Assembly: GCF_026571515.1 (NCBI RefSeq)
Contig: NW_026867313.1
Location: 248,001 to 312,000, forward strand
Reading direction: 5' to 3'
From: Ruditapes philippinarum
Lineage: Eukaryota
Length of the DNA: 64,000 nucleotides
Part shown: positions 47,937 to 61,175 of the stretch, piece by piece
How the letters are laid out: each line of letters opens with the position of its first letter
How positions within the stretch are numbered: the stretch's first letter is position 1
The notes under the pieces: model-generated
What the model saw: the letters and a program-made list of their open reading frames with translations, nothing else
What the model was told of the DNA's origin: nothing
Databases searched by the model: none
Made by a program: the position numbers and the translations under genes

Positions 47937-49643
47937 ATGGCGGACGGTGGAGAGGACGATGAAGTTCCTGGGCGTGTCGAGGACATTTTGTGTAAACGAC
48001 GTGATAAGGAAATTATGTGTCAACCGTGTTTAAGTAAAGATAAGAAAATTGTGGCTGACAAGTTTTGTTCAACGTGTAATGAATTCCAGTGTATTGATTG
48101 TTCAGGTGTGCATAACGTGCTTGCCATCTTTAAAAGTCAAAAACTGCTAAACGCAAATGTAGCACATGTAATCAGATGTGATCAACACACAAAGGTTTTA
48201 GATTATTTCTGTGAAGATGAGAACAAGCTTTGTTGCAGAACTTGCGCCATTGTTGATCATCGTGCATGTAAAAGCATTGCTGAGGTCGGGAAAATTATCG
48301 GGAAAATGACGTCATCAAGTTCTGATTTAGATGATATATTGCAGGAAGCCAAAGACAATGCAGAAGATATTGCAAGAGACATTATTACTTCAAAAGATCA
48401 ACTTGTTCAAGACGTTCAAGAAATACATGCAAAAATAAGGGAAATGCGAGATGAAGTAATGAGAATGTTTGTCGAGTTAGAAGTTGCAATTGTTAAGAGA
48501 GCCAAAACTCTTCAAAAAGAAACATTAGATAATCTTGAAAAGAAACAGTTACAAATCGAGAAACATTTGCATAGAGTTACAGCGTATCTAGAAACGGTTC
48601 AAAGCATTTTCGAAACTGGAACTCCAACTCAGAAATTTATAGCAGAACAGAAGATGGGTAATGAAGTCAATTTTGTATGCAGAAATGTTAATGAGGAATG
48701 TCAGAACTTCCAAACGATGACCATTTCATTTGACTTTGACGAACAATTAAATCTACCACCAAAATCAATTACTGACTTTGTTCCTGGACATCTCACATTG
48801 AAATATCATTCACGGGAAATTGTGAATGCTGTTAATAAGGTGATGACATTAACTCCAGGTTCTTCCATTGGGTTAAAGAAGACGGGAGATGACTTCGAAC
48901 AACCATTCTTTTCAGGAATAGACTTTCTATCCGATGGTAGACTAGTTGCTGTGGATAATAACAATAAGAAATTCTTAGTTTACAACGAAAAGTTTGAAAA
49001 TGTAGGATCATATCAGTTATCTTTTTATCCACTGTCCGTTGTTGCTGTATCTGAGGATGAAGTAGCGATAACAAGTGGCAACGAATACATAATAGACTTC
49101 TTACGTGTTAGTAAAGCTAATGAAATAAGGTGAAGTAGAAAATGTTATGTAACAAATAGATATGATTCTATATGTTTAAAAGACAATAGCCAATTAATAG
49201 TAGGAACTATTGATTACCAAATACCTGTAGGAATAATATCATTGGCAGGAGACCCATACGTTTTTAGTATCAAATTTCCGAACAAGGCATATCCTGTAGG
49301 CACAAGCACTTGTACTTACATACGGAACAGTGATAAAGTGGTGCTAACAGATAGATACGAGCACATTGTCTACATATATGACGTAAAGGCAAACACGAGA
49401 GTAGTTGTGAAGGATGATCTCAGATACAGAAACCATGTGGTGTAGCAGTTGGTCCATCTGATACTATCCTGGTTTGTAGTGAAGGAACAAACTCCATTGG
49501 GCAGATATCACTAACAGGACAGCTCTTATCATCACACAAGATAGAAAAGAGTGTGTGTCTCACGTGATAAATCATTTCTTGTTGTTATAAATTCCTGTAA
49601 AGGCAACAAGAAAATGCAGAAATATAAAATATCACTTCGATGA
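47937..49643 (+). pseudogene. TRIM-like copy 2, truncated (open for 398 aa)
   Basis: Colinear with copies 1 and 3. TCA>TGA at 49131-49133, frameshift near 49420, deletion near 49548. B-box1 last His changed to Gln (SQKLL). Confidence 0.85.
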
Positions 49644-51319
49644 CGCAATCATCTGTATCTTATAGTACATACACGAGTCACACTATAAGGTGAAAAATAA
49701 TGATAGTTTTAGGGTGACCAAGACAGTGCATACATGTATATATAGTCATTCAATGTAAAATCCATGTCAAAATGTGACTTTCATAACTACACAAACATTA
49801 AACACCAATGTGTTGATAAGTTATACAATCAAGAACGATTGTGTTATTCTTATACATATCGAAAACATCTAATGAGTGAAAACAAATCAGTAATGATTAT
49901 TTTAATTATTTATTTCATTTTGTATACACCGTTCTTTACACTGAAAATTAAACCATTCATTGATCCTAATTAAACTTTTATATATAGCACTGTTACACGC
50001 GCATTTTCGGTGTTAACGTTATTTTATTTATCTTTAATTTTTCGAGTAATGCTGATATTATTATTGTGTGTTCACTTGGAAATCAGTTGATCAATATCCT
50101 TTCTTTTAGTTTCGAATGTGTTCTTTCCATATGAAATTGTTTTGCAGTGACTTATAATGTAATGGTCTAATATTATTGAAACACGTTTAAGTTTGATTCA
50201 ATTATCATAATCCATATTTTTCCATACGTATTTGTACCTATTCACTATGGTATATTATCAGTTATAACGCCTGGTCGACACTTGAGTCGCATGATTAATC
50301 CTTAATAAAACATGCCAAATCAAGAAGTATTTGGTCATTTTAAATTTTAGCATAGACTTATATAGGAAATGTAAATATTTTCACATTTATATATTGTTCA
50401 AGATCACGCTGAGAATCACAGACTACGTCGAACTTGTTAAGGAAAAAGGGAAACAAAACACATGATGCGAAGGAAATGCCATAAGCTTATATTATATACA
50501 CTCTGGATTTTGGTAATATGACCCATATCCATGGAATGATGTTTTGTTAAAAAAATGGGGAAAGTGCATGACTGAAAGTTTGCAGTGATTAAATGAATGC
50601 AAACAATCTTTGCTAAGATGGCATCTTCAAACATTTAAGTGCTATATATAGCAGTAAAGGAGTCCTTATTTTCAATGATTTTAGAATTTTTTATTCAATA
50701 TCATTTATTTTGTAACTTTTAATTGGGATTTTTTCCCCTCTGGATTTAGAAAATTATATATTATTTTGACCGAAAGATTACCGAAAGGATCTAATTGAAA
50801 AACAAAACCGCCTGGATTCCCGAAAGAATCTGACTGAAAGGCAGAATCTGCCTGTACAAAGTACAAAAAAGATGCAATGAAATGATGTAATTACATAAGG
50901 GAAAAAGAATGACTACATCAAACTTAAAAAAACGTGATTAAGTAATACAGCAACTATCAAACTCTTTAAAGACCTAGATCTTGGTAAACTGTAAAAGAGG
51001 TGGTGAGTTGATAGAACGGCTTTGTACTTTAGAAAACTGGCGACGAAACCACGTGCGCAAAAATTAACAAGATATGATTTATCTGCTTATATTTTGGTTA
51101 AGAAATATAACATGACAAAATGCAATCAATATTTTTATCTGTAGCATGAAATTATATTAGAAATTGAGTTCTATTTGCAATTTATTTAAATTTTTAGATG
51201 CCATATATATTTCTTTTGCAAATATTCAACATGAAGGAAAGAAACAAGTTTGTTATATATTGCATAGGTCCAAATGCCCTCCAATACATATTGACATACC
51301 TTTAATACACCTAAGTCGG

Positions 51320-51510
51320 TCGTAGGCTGTCTAAGCTCAATAGGGAGAGGATGTAATAAATAATTAGGGAGTCGCTGGTTCGATTCTAGGGCAAGGCGAA
51401 ATTTGTGCATGCCCATTGATTTCGGACATTGAGTCTAGTGGTCAGATTGTTGTATTGTAACATGGCCAGCAATTGGCCGCAGAAAGTGCTGGGAAAACAA
51501 TAAGATTCAA
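51320..51510 (+). mobile_element. tRNA-derived SINE (paralogue at ~63860-64000)
   Basis: A-box-like AGCTCAATAGG, B box GGTTCGATTC, non-tRNA body follows. Confidence 0.6.
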
Positions 51511-54500
51511 TAAGACATCAAGTGATTTAATGAAAATATATTATTTAAGAAACTAACACTGCGTTGCTTTCTTAAGAATATAAACTGTTTCAAAGGTCTC
51601 TAAGGTGATTTTTCTCATTTGGATATTTGCATTTGTAAAAGTATATAACGTACAGTCCGATTAGTAAGAAGTTTCAGTGAAAAGAGGAATAATCATCTTT
51701 TGGGATATTATGCGAAACATTTGGACGGTCACCCATTTAAAACAAGATCATTTAATGTGTCTGGCATTCTTCTATACAAATCACATCTTAAGCATGAATA
51801 CTCAATATTAAGTAGGTTTATGTTTTCCTTTAGATTTGTTATAATGTAAATCTATGGAATGATTAATACAATAGTCGGTTATATACATGTATAAGTATTG
51901 AGCACGCACCAGTCACTCGAAACCGCACCCCACTGCGGGAAATGGTAGGGTTTATCTTTACAAATGTTCGAATCCCTGAAAAAGCCATATCCCACGGAAA
52001 CAGCCGGATGGTAAAATCTCTTAAATTGTAACCCAGCCTTTTTTTGTGCCAAAACTCCACCTCGTTGACACACCATAGTACGTTCAAACGGATGATGAAA
52101 CAACGGTCCATTTCTGGAAGCTGAAGATGTGGAAGTTGTAATTGACTGATCCCTTTTTACAATAAGCAAAGGCAAATGTTTTTCCTATCTTTAAATTGAA
52201 AAAAAAAGAATAATGGGAAATGAAAGCATTTTTCGTGTAGCTGTATATGTTTTTTTATTATTGAGATTTCGACTTTTTATCCTATTTTAGCTATCAGACT
52301 AGAGCTGATTTTGTTGGTAGAACGGATATTCATGCAAAGTGTACTGCCATCATTTTACTTTTGAATGACACTGCAAGATTTGGAATATAAGTTTGTTTTT
52401 TATATGAATATTCTTTTACAGGATACATTAAATGGCAGATGCCTCCTTGTAGAATACTTAAAAACCATTCAATTTAAATGGGTTCCGTCATGCGAAAAAA
52501 GCTTATTCTACTCGCTTATCGGACCTCAGGTACCCGCTATTGCCTGAACTAATGCACGGAACGGAAACTGAAGTTTTCCGCCACAAGTAGAGCTGGAAGG
52601 TCGCCACATTATCATTACAGTGAATGTTTGACTGAAAAAAGAAACAAAAGAGAAAAAAATCGGTTATAAAAATAAAAAATATTCCATAATGATTCAAAAG
52701 AAATATGTCGCAATTTTTAAACATACAAGTACTCGTATTTTGCATCTTCTCAAATGTAACTATGAACGTTCATGAACGATTTCAACGTCCCATGCTGTAA
52801 ATTAATGTTATTTTCTAAGTTTATTTTTGAAATTTCAGATTAAAAGATTGAGAAATGTTTTGCACTATACACGTTTTTGTATACGTATAAATACCGTATA
52901 CAGCTTATACCGAACACAGCTGATCGCTAGCTGTATACGTCAAGATGCCTGCATATCACCGTATATGGCTCATTTGTGTAAAGTGACTAAGATGGTGATT
53001 TTCTTCACTTTTCCGCCCGGTCTACGGCCACGACTGTACTATTGTCTGAATAGCCAACGGCCAGTTATCACCATTCACCAGAACACCATTGAATAGGCAT
53101 AAGTTTTATTCTAACACGAAAGCATATGTTTCCATGTCAAAGCATTCTATCAAACTGGTATCAAAGAGACAAGTACACCCATGTCACTACAGGGATGAGA
53201 GACAACAATGACTACACGCACTACATAAACGCCGACTACAACGACTATGACTACGACCTAGATCACGACTAGGACTTTAACGACGACAAGTTCAGCTTCG
53301 ACCACGATCTGCAATTCTAATGAATACGATTTTGTCGACGACTAACACTTCTACAAGTGCTACGACTTCAAGTTTGTCCACGACTACGACCGCGCCGACG
53401 ATTACGGCCATTACCACGACTACAAATACGGTTACGACCACTATGATAACGAATATGTGACTTACGACCATTTATACAAGAACAGCTATAATGAATTTTC
53501 AAAGCTACGCTTTCTACCAAGACTACAGGAACGACTGACTAAAACTACAGAAACGACCCCGATACGAACTTCAAAGAATACAGCAAAAAGTACGGGTACG
53601 ACTTCGACCCACCGCTACGACTACTAAGTCTTTTAAAGCTACAAGTCATAATATCTGCGACGACCACGACTTCTATGATTCCGAATTCGACTAAGAATAC
53701 ACCGACTGCTACGACTACGACCACAGCTACAACGACAACGACCATGGATTACAAGTACGACTTTTACGAATACAGTTACATCAGCATCCAAGAGCCTTTT
53801 TTATCGAAGCAAAGCATTATTTTGTAATTGATAAAACAAGCTGTTTTTGTTCTGGTCAAAGTAAACATAGCCTAAAGTTTGATCTACTACCATGAAAATC
53901 ATAAGGGGTTATATTCTGGCGATGATTAATATCCCTTCCAAATAAGAAAGTTATAGGATTATAATTATGGTTTTTTTTTGATTTTACACTAGGCGTGAGC
54001 TACAAAATGACTAATTCGAAAGTTGTTGCACATATCCAACGTTTACTTTTTAAGCAAGCTGTATAAGTTGTCAAGTAACGAATACTGCCAACCGTAAAGT
54101 ACGAAATACGTTTTCAACCAACGTATACAACTCACGCTTACGCTATATACGTCGTAAGCTACATAACGGTGTAACGGAGCCACTCTTGCGTTCGTCCTGG
54201 AACTTACCAGTACTGGTGTAACATGAAGAAACATGGTCGTGAAAATAAGCAGTGTTCGAACGCACCATCATTGGGTTTAAGAGCAGACACATTCCACATT
54301 CAAAACCTAAGAAGTAGCAAGGCTGTTGCGATTGCAACAACACAATCTGAACATAGTCAAAATATAATGACAAGCAAAAGCTAGATTCTGAGATATGTCT
54401 GTTCTGCTTATGGAGGGAGATATTGCCCATACACAAAATAGCACAATATCTCATCGCGTTGTACACACAATTTGTTGGATTACATCTGAAGTCTAGCAAA

Positions 54501-54759
54501 TTAAATTCTTATTGCAACTTATTTCATACAATATACAATACACTTTACTTAGCTATAAACTTACAAAGTTCTTAGCTATAACAATCGACACAAATATATG
54601 AGAAATAGTTTGCACTGGGTATACAATATTGTCAATATACAATAGTGTAAGATATTTAGTAGAATAAAAAAATAACGTGTCAACTATTAATATTTGTTAA
54701 GCGGTCGTTTTGTGACTAAATATATTTGGTCAAATTTATAACATTAATTCTCACATTTG

Positions 54760-55200
54760 TACAGCCGTATTCTGTATAAAAAGGAAAATATCTTTGAACA
54801 TTCTTTTCCTGATTTATGCAATTTTTCCAAATTTTATAATAATCTATTTCAAAATGGTATCAGTTTTGTCGCTGAAAAAATTGACAAAAACAATACAAGA
54901 TATTTTACAAGTTAACATAAAGTTCCTACAATATGAAGGACTTTTAATATCTCTAATAAATTCAAGAGTTAAACTTGAAATCAATACTGAAACTTTTAAC
55001 ACTTTTAAACCAATAATTCCTGAGCTAATTCATGTTATAACACAAAACATAAAGGGGTGCCATTTTATTTATGAAATACTTTTGAAAAAATAATAAAAGT
55101 TCCGGAATCTCAAAATAAATGGAAACATGAACTATCACTACCGGAACATTCGAATGAAATCGAACAAACGCATTTAAACTAAGATTGGAAAAAAAGATGA
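54760..55200 (+). mobile_element. Possible L1/Tx1-type LINE 3' ORF remnant
   Basis: Peptide pieces NIKFLQYEGL, KGCHFIYEIL, VPESQNKW resemble post-RT regions of L1/Tx1 ORF2; specific to unit 3. Confidence 0.35.
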
Positions 55201-56103
55201 TAATACTAGAAGTTATTGTAGAGACATTTAAATGTCAATATGTTAATCAATTAGCAGACTTGAAAAAACTAAATGTTAACTGACCAAAACAAAACGGATT
55301 ATACGTTAAATTTTATATATTTATACTTGCAGGCACAATAACCAAAGTTTCAATATACAAACATTTCATCCTACTTTAGTTTTTCATTATAATGTACAAA
55401 AGTAAATCCAATACTCTTCATGTAAGTGTGTGTGTAACTGAGATAAATATAGTAGATGGGCTCTCTACTAAAAAAGTGTCATATAGAACACCCTCTTATA
55501 TTCTTTTTTCAAATTTAATGTAATAAATATATTGTTGGTGACACATCATTCGGAAAAGTTTCGGGCCACTTGTAAATTAGAACATGTTTCACTTCTGTTA
55601 TGATAGATATCATTTTTATTTACTATGTAGAATTGGATAATCTGAATAAACAAGTTTATATGAACATACATATTTAGCTACAAATCAGTAAAGTTAATTA
55701 TTATATTAATAAATCTATGTACTAAGATGAATAGAATTATGATAAAAAGATCATTTATTCTACTTACTTTTTAAACAAATAAATGTAAGTACTGCATCTG
55801 TATACTTAAACATTATTGTATACTATAGATATTAAGATAGTGGGAAATGTGCTCTTTCCCACCTGTAAATAGGGCTCATCGTTAAGTCAGGGGTACTCCT
55901 GACTCCCAACCACCACTGGAGGTCTAGGGTCGTGAGTGCACCTGGTACGGCCTTGGGCGCGTGTTATAGCAGGAAGACCGTATGGGAGCTTCTAGGCCCC
56001 AGGTCGTGCTCTGGTTGAGTCCAGGTCAACGTAGGAGTCGGCGTAGACTATCAATTCCAGCTGATCTTTATATCCCTTGTGTAAAAAATATTATCCACAT
56101 CAG

Positions 56104-56315
56104 NNNNNNNNNNNNNNNNNNNNNNNNNNNNNNNNNNNNNNNNNNNNNNNNNNNNNNNNNNNNNNNNNNNNNNNNNNNNNNNNNNNNNNNNNNNNNNNNN
56201 NNNNNNNNNNNNNNNNNNNNNNNNNNNNNNNNNNNNNNNNNNNNNNNNNNNNNNNNNNNNNNNNNNNNNNNNNNNNNNNNNNNNNNNNNNNNNNNNNNNN
56301 NNNNNNNNNNNNNNN
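56104..56315. other. Assembly gap (N run)
   Basis: N bases. Confidence 0.98.
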
Positions 56316-56504
56316 CCTATTTGTTGAACCGAAGCGGAAAAAATCTCTCATTTGTTGACATCAAAATTTGAAATTTCTTCAGAGTTGACCATTTGCAAAA
56401 ATATCTTTTAAAAATAGTACATTATTTTATCTCTGTGTACCGGACATACGAGTAGAAAGTGATATTCAGAGTCTATAACTCCTTTTGAACAGTATTTGCA
56501 CACT

Positions 56505-57057
56505 TTATTACATGTTTTGCAGTAGATTACTGAATTATAACGGTTAATTATATTCTGATAATTTCACAGTAATGATTACCAAATATAATTTCACAGTAGC
56601 CGAACTATATTTGGCGTAAAAAATAAAATATTTATCATTAATGAATGTTTTTTTCAGCGGAAATGTAGTCAATCATAATAACAAATGTACGTGATAAACT
56701 GTAGTTCGTAAATATTTACGAACGTTGTGCTGAAAAACATCTAAAATCTAAAAATAATCATGGAATTATATTTTGCTTCAACATTGTGACGTCATTATTT
56801 GATGACGTCATGAAGATAAGAGCATGACGTTACGCGGCAAAAATCAGTAAAATGGTGTAAAAAAATCGTTAAAAAATCATGAAATAAACAGAAAATTTGT
56901 TTGTTTTACATGTAAGATCAAATAATATTTCACTCGTGAACCCCAGCTATTATATTTTCACTCGTGGCTACGCCACTCGTGGAAAATATTGCATCTGGTG
57001 TTCACTCGGTGAAATATTTTTTTCGATCTTACACTGAAACAAACAAATATCCTCTAT
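56505..57057. mobile_element. Non-autonomous element with a terminal ~150 bp imperfect palindrome, private to unit 3
   Basis: TTTGTTTGTTT...TGTAAGATC...ATATTTCAC pairs with GTGAAATAT...GATCTTACA...AAACAAACAAA around a GCTACGC centre. Empty site at ~46630. Confidence 0.7.
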
Positions 57058-57059
57058 CT

Positions 57060-57945
57060 ATTTTCCTTCGGAGTACCATCATATCTCTCAGTTTCGTTAG
57101 CAAGGAAATGTGATGATACTCTACATGGATTAGGAATTTCGGTAATGTAACAAACAAGCAGTCGATTAATATTACTGTTTACAAGTTCCTTACAGTACAC
57201 ATCTGATGTAATAATTCATGTTATAAAAAAATTGTCATTTTAATACTTAAATATTCTAGTACAATGGCCGCTTTGTGTGACGAAGCATTGTCATGCAACA
57301 ACCTTACACCACGGAGACCAGTTGCGTGTCGACGGTTTTTGCAATATTTCTTTAATTTATGAGGGACCTTGCCTTTGTAAAACTTGCCATTTATAGATTT
57401 ATCATTTGGTACTGCAATTTGAATAGCAGGGCATTGACTGGTAAAGAAAATTACATGCATGACCTTTCTGACGCCCATGGTGTGTTTTATGCTATGCAAG
57501 GTCTTTGACTTCCTTTGGTTGCCTATATTTTTGTATGTATCTTTCGCTTGGGCTTATAAAAGTGACCCCATGTCTCATAGCCAGTGATGATATTTGCAAA
57601 AGATCGATTGTTGTATCTAGGGAACTGTTTCAACAATTGTTTGGAGATTCCTAGCCGAGCAAGTTCTTGCTCTTTTGTAAGGTGACGGGGTATTCATCCG
57701 GCACTTAGTCTTTTCATTTTTAAATCACGTCTGGGAATTGTACGAGTGGCTCTTAAAGAGATAGCAACGCATTTAGGTATATACCAAGTTGTAAATCTTG
57801 CATCAGTAGCAATCAAATCCTTTACTTTTTCAACTTTTTTGTCAGGCGTGCATGAGGTGCATCTTTTACTGACTCCGCACCATTTTTAAATTTCTTACGC
57901 CCCCGTGTGACAGTTGAAAAAAGAAAGTTCATTGTTCCCATAAAC
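57060..57945 (-). mobile_element. Mariner-family transposase remnant
   Basis: KVMHVIFF...INGKFY...LKK...RR...GVRLLHDNASSHKAAIV (LLHDNA.H is the second catalytic Asp motif of mariner elements). Confidence 0.8.
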
Positions 57946-58377
57946 AGGACATATTTCGTTAAATATGTCTTTCACCTGTATACTAAGACAACAGCGTATC
58001 TTGATATAGGACCGTATTTGGTCAGTGAATGGAGACCTTTTCCCAACTATTTTAGCTTTAGTATACACGAGTAGATAGCGTTAATCAAGCTATTGTAAAG
58101 CTAGACTGAATTGATTTACACATGTATTTTATCAATTGAAAGCTTACACAACCATCTATGCGATAAATGTACATAGTTCGTGCAAAACGTGGTTAAACTT
58201 AAGCGAGATATTGGCCTAGTTGCATTCATATTTGAATACCCCTCATATTATACTTAATGATAGAGGCTAAATGTAAATGAGGTAATCACTTTAACTTACT
58301 ATCATTGATACTATGAAATACGTCTAAAGAGTAAACCGAAAAAATATATACATATCAATAATTATAATATATCAAAA

Positions 58378-59190
58378 GTATTACATTCATAATTGGAACT
58401 GTACTGTTAATCAAGAGTCATGCCAAAATAGTTCTTGTAGAAACAAATTAAGATTATATAAAACATTTAAGAGTAACTTGAAACAGAAAATTATTGTAAG
58501 TTAGTTTTGAACAGATCACATAGGGGTGTTTTGGCTAAATTTCTCAATGGCACAGCTCCAATAGGTATATAGTTAGGGCGCTACAATGGTTGGCCAGTGA
58601 AACAACGATTGTACTCCAACTACCAAACTATTGAAGAGGATGAAAAGTGGGTATTATTATATTTCCCTCTATATGATCCCATACGTAAAGACTTGATACG
58701 AGAAGCGCAAATGCTAAACTATGGTTTTGATATCCTCGCAGACATTGATAAAGTAAGATATATTCTCTCAAATGCAGATATTGTATTTTAACTGCCAAAA
58801 CCTGTTTTAACATACTGAATAGACGATAACTTATCTTATACAACTGTTATTATTTGAAATACCTTTTGGTGTTTTTAGATTTACATGTACTATCTAGAAT
58901 ATACCCTTGCTCATAATCTTCTAAACTGCATTTGATTAAATATAGATACAATATTAAATTCTATATGGAATATTTAAGGTACTTTGTTACCCCAGTATTT
59001 GGTAGATTCATTTTATCACATGTTCATAACCCTGGTTTAAATTAGCAAGGATATTTTAGATTTTTAGAATTTTACATGTAAGTAGTAAGTCAACTTTTTA
59101 GTTTCTTGTAAATCTTATAGATTTGCAATGTGCATTTATATTGTATTTTATATGATTTTAAGCGAGACTTTGATAAACTAATAAATTATC
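58378..59190 (+). mobile_element. Short 5'-truncated LINE 3' end inserted ~270 bp upstream of TRIM copy 3
   Basis: Encodes LAKF..GTAPI.I.LGRY...R....EDE..VLL..PLY. Ends near AATAAA. Candidate TSD TATCAAAA. Absent at the paralogous site ~47665. Confidence 0.65.
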
Positions 59191-59459
59191 AAAAATAGTT
59201 GTAAAGCACATAATTCGTGTCAATTTAACTTCCGCGTTTTCAATATTATTGTAGCAACGCACTGTAAACATACGAAAGATAACGCAGGGATAGAATGATA
59301 CCAGATACGTATTGTTACATGGAACGTTTATATAAACCAGTTTTAAAACTTATATTTTTGCATTGAAATATTAAATCGGATTGGTACAGTTTTGCTAAAT
59401 AGTCAATTGAGAATATAAACTAACTTGAATTAAAAAATAGACAATCATTGTTGAACATA

Positions 59460-61175
59460 ATGGCGGACGGTGGAGAGGACGATGAAGTTCCTGGGCGTGT
59501 CAAGGACACTTTGTGTAAACGCCGTGTCAAAGAAATTATGTGTCAACCATGTTTAAGTAAAGATAAGAAAATTGTGGCTGACAAATTTTGTTCAACGTGT
59601 AATGAATTCCAGTGTATTGATTGTTCAGGTGTGCATAACGTGCTAGCAATCTTTACAAGTCATAAACTGCTAAATGCAAATGTAGCACATGTAATCAGAT
59701 GTGATCAACACCAAAAGGTTTTAGATTATTTCTGTGAAGATGAGAACAAGCTTTGTTGCAGAACTTGCGCCATTGTTGATCATCGTGCATGTAAAAGCAT
59801 TGCTGAGGTCGAGAAAATTACCGGGGAAATAACGTCATCAAGTTCTAATTTAGATGATATATTGCAGGAAGCCAAATACAATGCAGAAGATATTGCAAGA
59901 GACATTATCACTTCAAAAGATCAACTTGTTCAAGACGTTCAAGAAATACAAGCAAAAATAAGAGAAATGCGAGATGATGTAATGAGTATGTTTGACGAGT
60001 TAGAAGTTGCAATTGTTAAGAGAGCCAAAACTCTTCAAGAAGAAACATTAGATAATCTTGAAAAGAAGAAGTTACAAATCGAGAAATATTTGCATAAAGT
60101 TACAGCGTATCTAGAAACGGTTCAAAGCATTTTCAAAACTGGAACTCCAACTCAGAAATTTATAGCAGAACAGAGGATGGATAATGAAGTCAATTTTGTA
60201 TGCAGAAATGTCAATGAGGAATGTCAGAACTTCCAAACGATGACCATTTCATTTGATTTTGACGAACAATTAAATCTACCACCAAAATCAATTACTGACT
60301 TTGTTCCTGGACAGCTCACATTGAAATATCATCCTCGGGAAATTGTGAATGCTGTAAATCAGGTGATGACATTAACTCCAGGTTCTTCCATTGAGTTAAA
60401 GAAGACTGGAGATGACTTCGAACAACCATTCTATTCAGGAATAGACTTTCTATCCGATGGTAGAATTGTTGCTGTGGATAATAACAATAAGAAATTGATA
60501 GTTTACAATGAAAAGTTGGAAAAAGTAGGATCATATCAGTTATCTTATCATCCATTGTCCGTTGTTGCTGTGTCTGAGGATGAAGTAGCGATAACAAGTG
60601 GAAGGGAATGTATAATAGACTTCTTACGTGTCAGTAAAGTTAATGAAATAAGATCAAGTAGAAAATATAATGTAACAACGAAATATGATTCTATATGTTT
60701 AAACCATAATAGCCAATTTGTCGTAGGGACTTTTGATTACCAAATACCTGTTGAAATAATATCATTGGCAGGAGAACCATACGTTTTTAGTATCAACTTT
60801 CCGAAAAAGGCATATACTGAAGACACAAGCACTTGCACTTACATACAGAACAGTGATAAAGTGGTGCTTACAGATAGAAACGAGCATACTGTCTACATAT
60901 ATGACGTCAAGACAAACACGAGAGTTGTGGTGAAGGATAAGCCGATAAAGGAACCATGTGGTGTAGCAGTTGGTCCATCTGATACTATCCTGATTTGTAG
61001 TAATGGAACAGACTCCATTGTAGAATTGTCACAAACTGGTCAGATCTTATCATCACACAAGATAGGTATGATATTTCCGTCTAAAATATGTGTCTCACGA
61101 GATAAGTCAATTCTTGTTGTTACAAATTCCTGTTTAGGAAACATGAAAATGCAGAAATTTAAAATATCACTATAA
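59460..61175 (+). CDS. RING-less TRIM-like protein, copy 3, 571 aa
   Basis: Intact single-exon ORF with the same length and domain order as copy 1. Confidence 0.9.
   Translation: MADGGEDDEVPGRVKDTLCKRRVKEIMCQPCLSKDKKIVADKFCSTCNEFQCIDCSGVHNVLAIFTSHKLLNANVAHVIRCDQHQKVLDYFCEDENKLCCRTCAIVDHRACKSIAEVEKITGEITSSSSNLDDILQEAKYNAEDIARDIITSKDQLVQDVQEIQAKIREMRDDVMSMFDELEVAIVKRAKTLQEETLDNLEKKKLQIEKYLHKVTAYLETVQSIFKTGTPTQKFIAEQRMDNEVNFVCRNVNEECQNFQTMTISFDFDEQLNLPPKSITDFVPGQLTLKYHPREIVNAVNQVMTLTPGSSIELKKTGDDFEQPFYSGIDFLSDGRIVAVDNNNKKLIVYNEKLEKVGSYQLSYHPLSVVAVSEDEVAITSGRECIIDFLRVSKVNEIRSSRKYNVTTKYDSICLNHNSQFVVGTFDYQIPVEIISLAGEPYVFSINFPKKAYTEDTSTCTYIQNSDKVVLTDRNEHTVYIYDVKTNTRVVVKDKPIKEPCGVAVGPSDTILICSNGTDSIVELSQTGQILSSHKIGMIFPSKICVSRDKSILVVTNSCLGNMKMQKFKISL

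Noticed and set aside
51330-51400. tRNA gene (also 17575-17646)
   Set aside because: A and B boxes are present, but no acceptor or anticodon stems close and a SINE body follows.
55870-56103. GC-richer segment before the gap as an exon or ncRNA
   Set aside because: No recognisable protein or RNA motif and truncated by the gap; probably a repeat fragment that I cannot classify.
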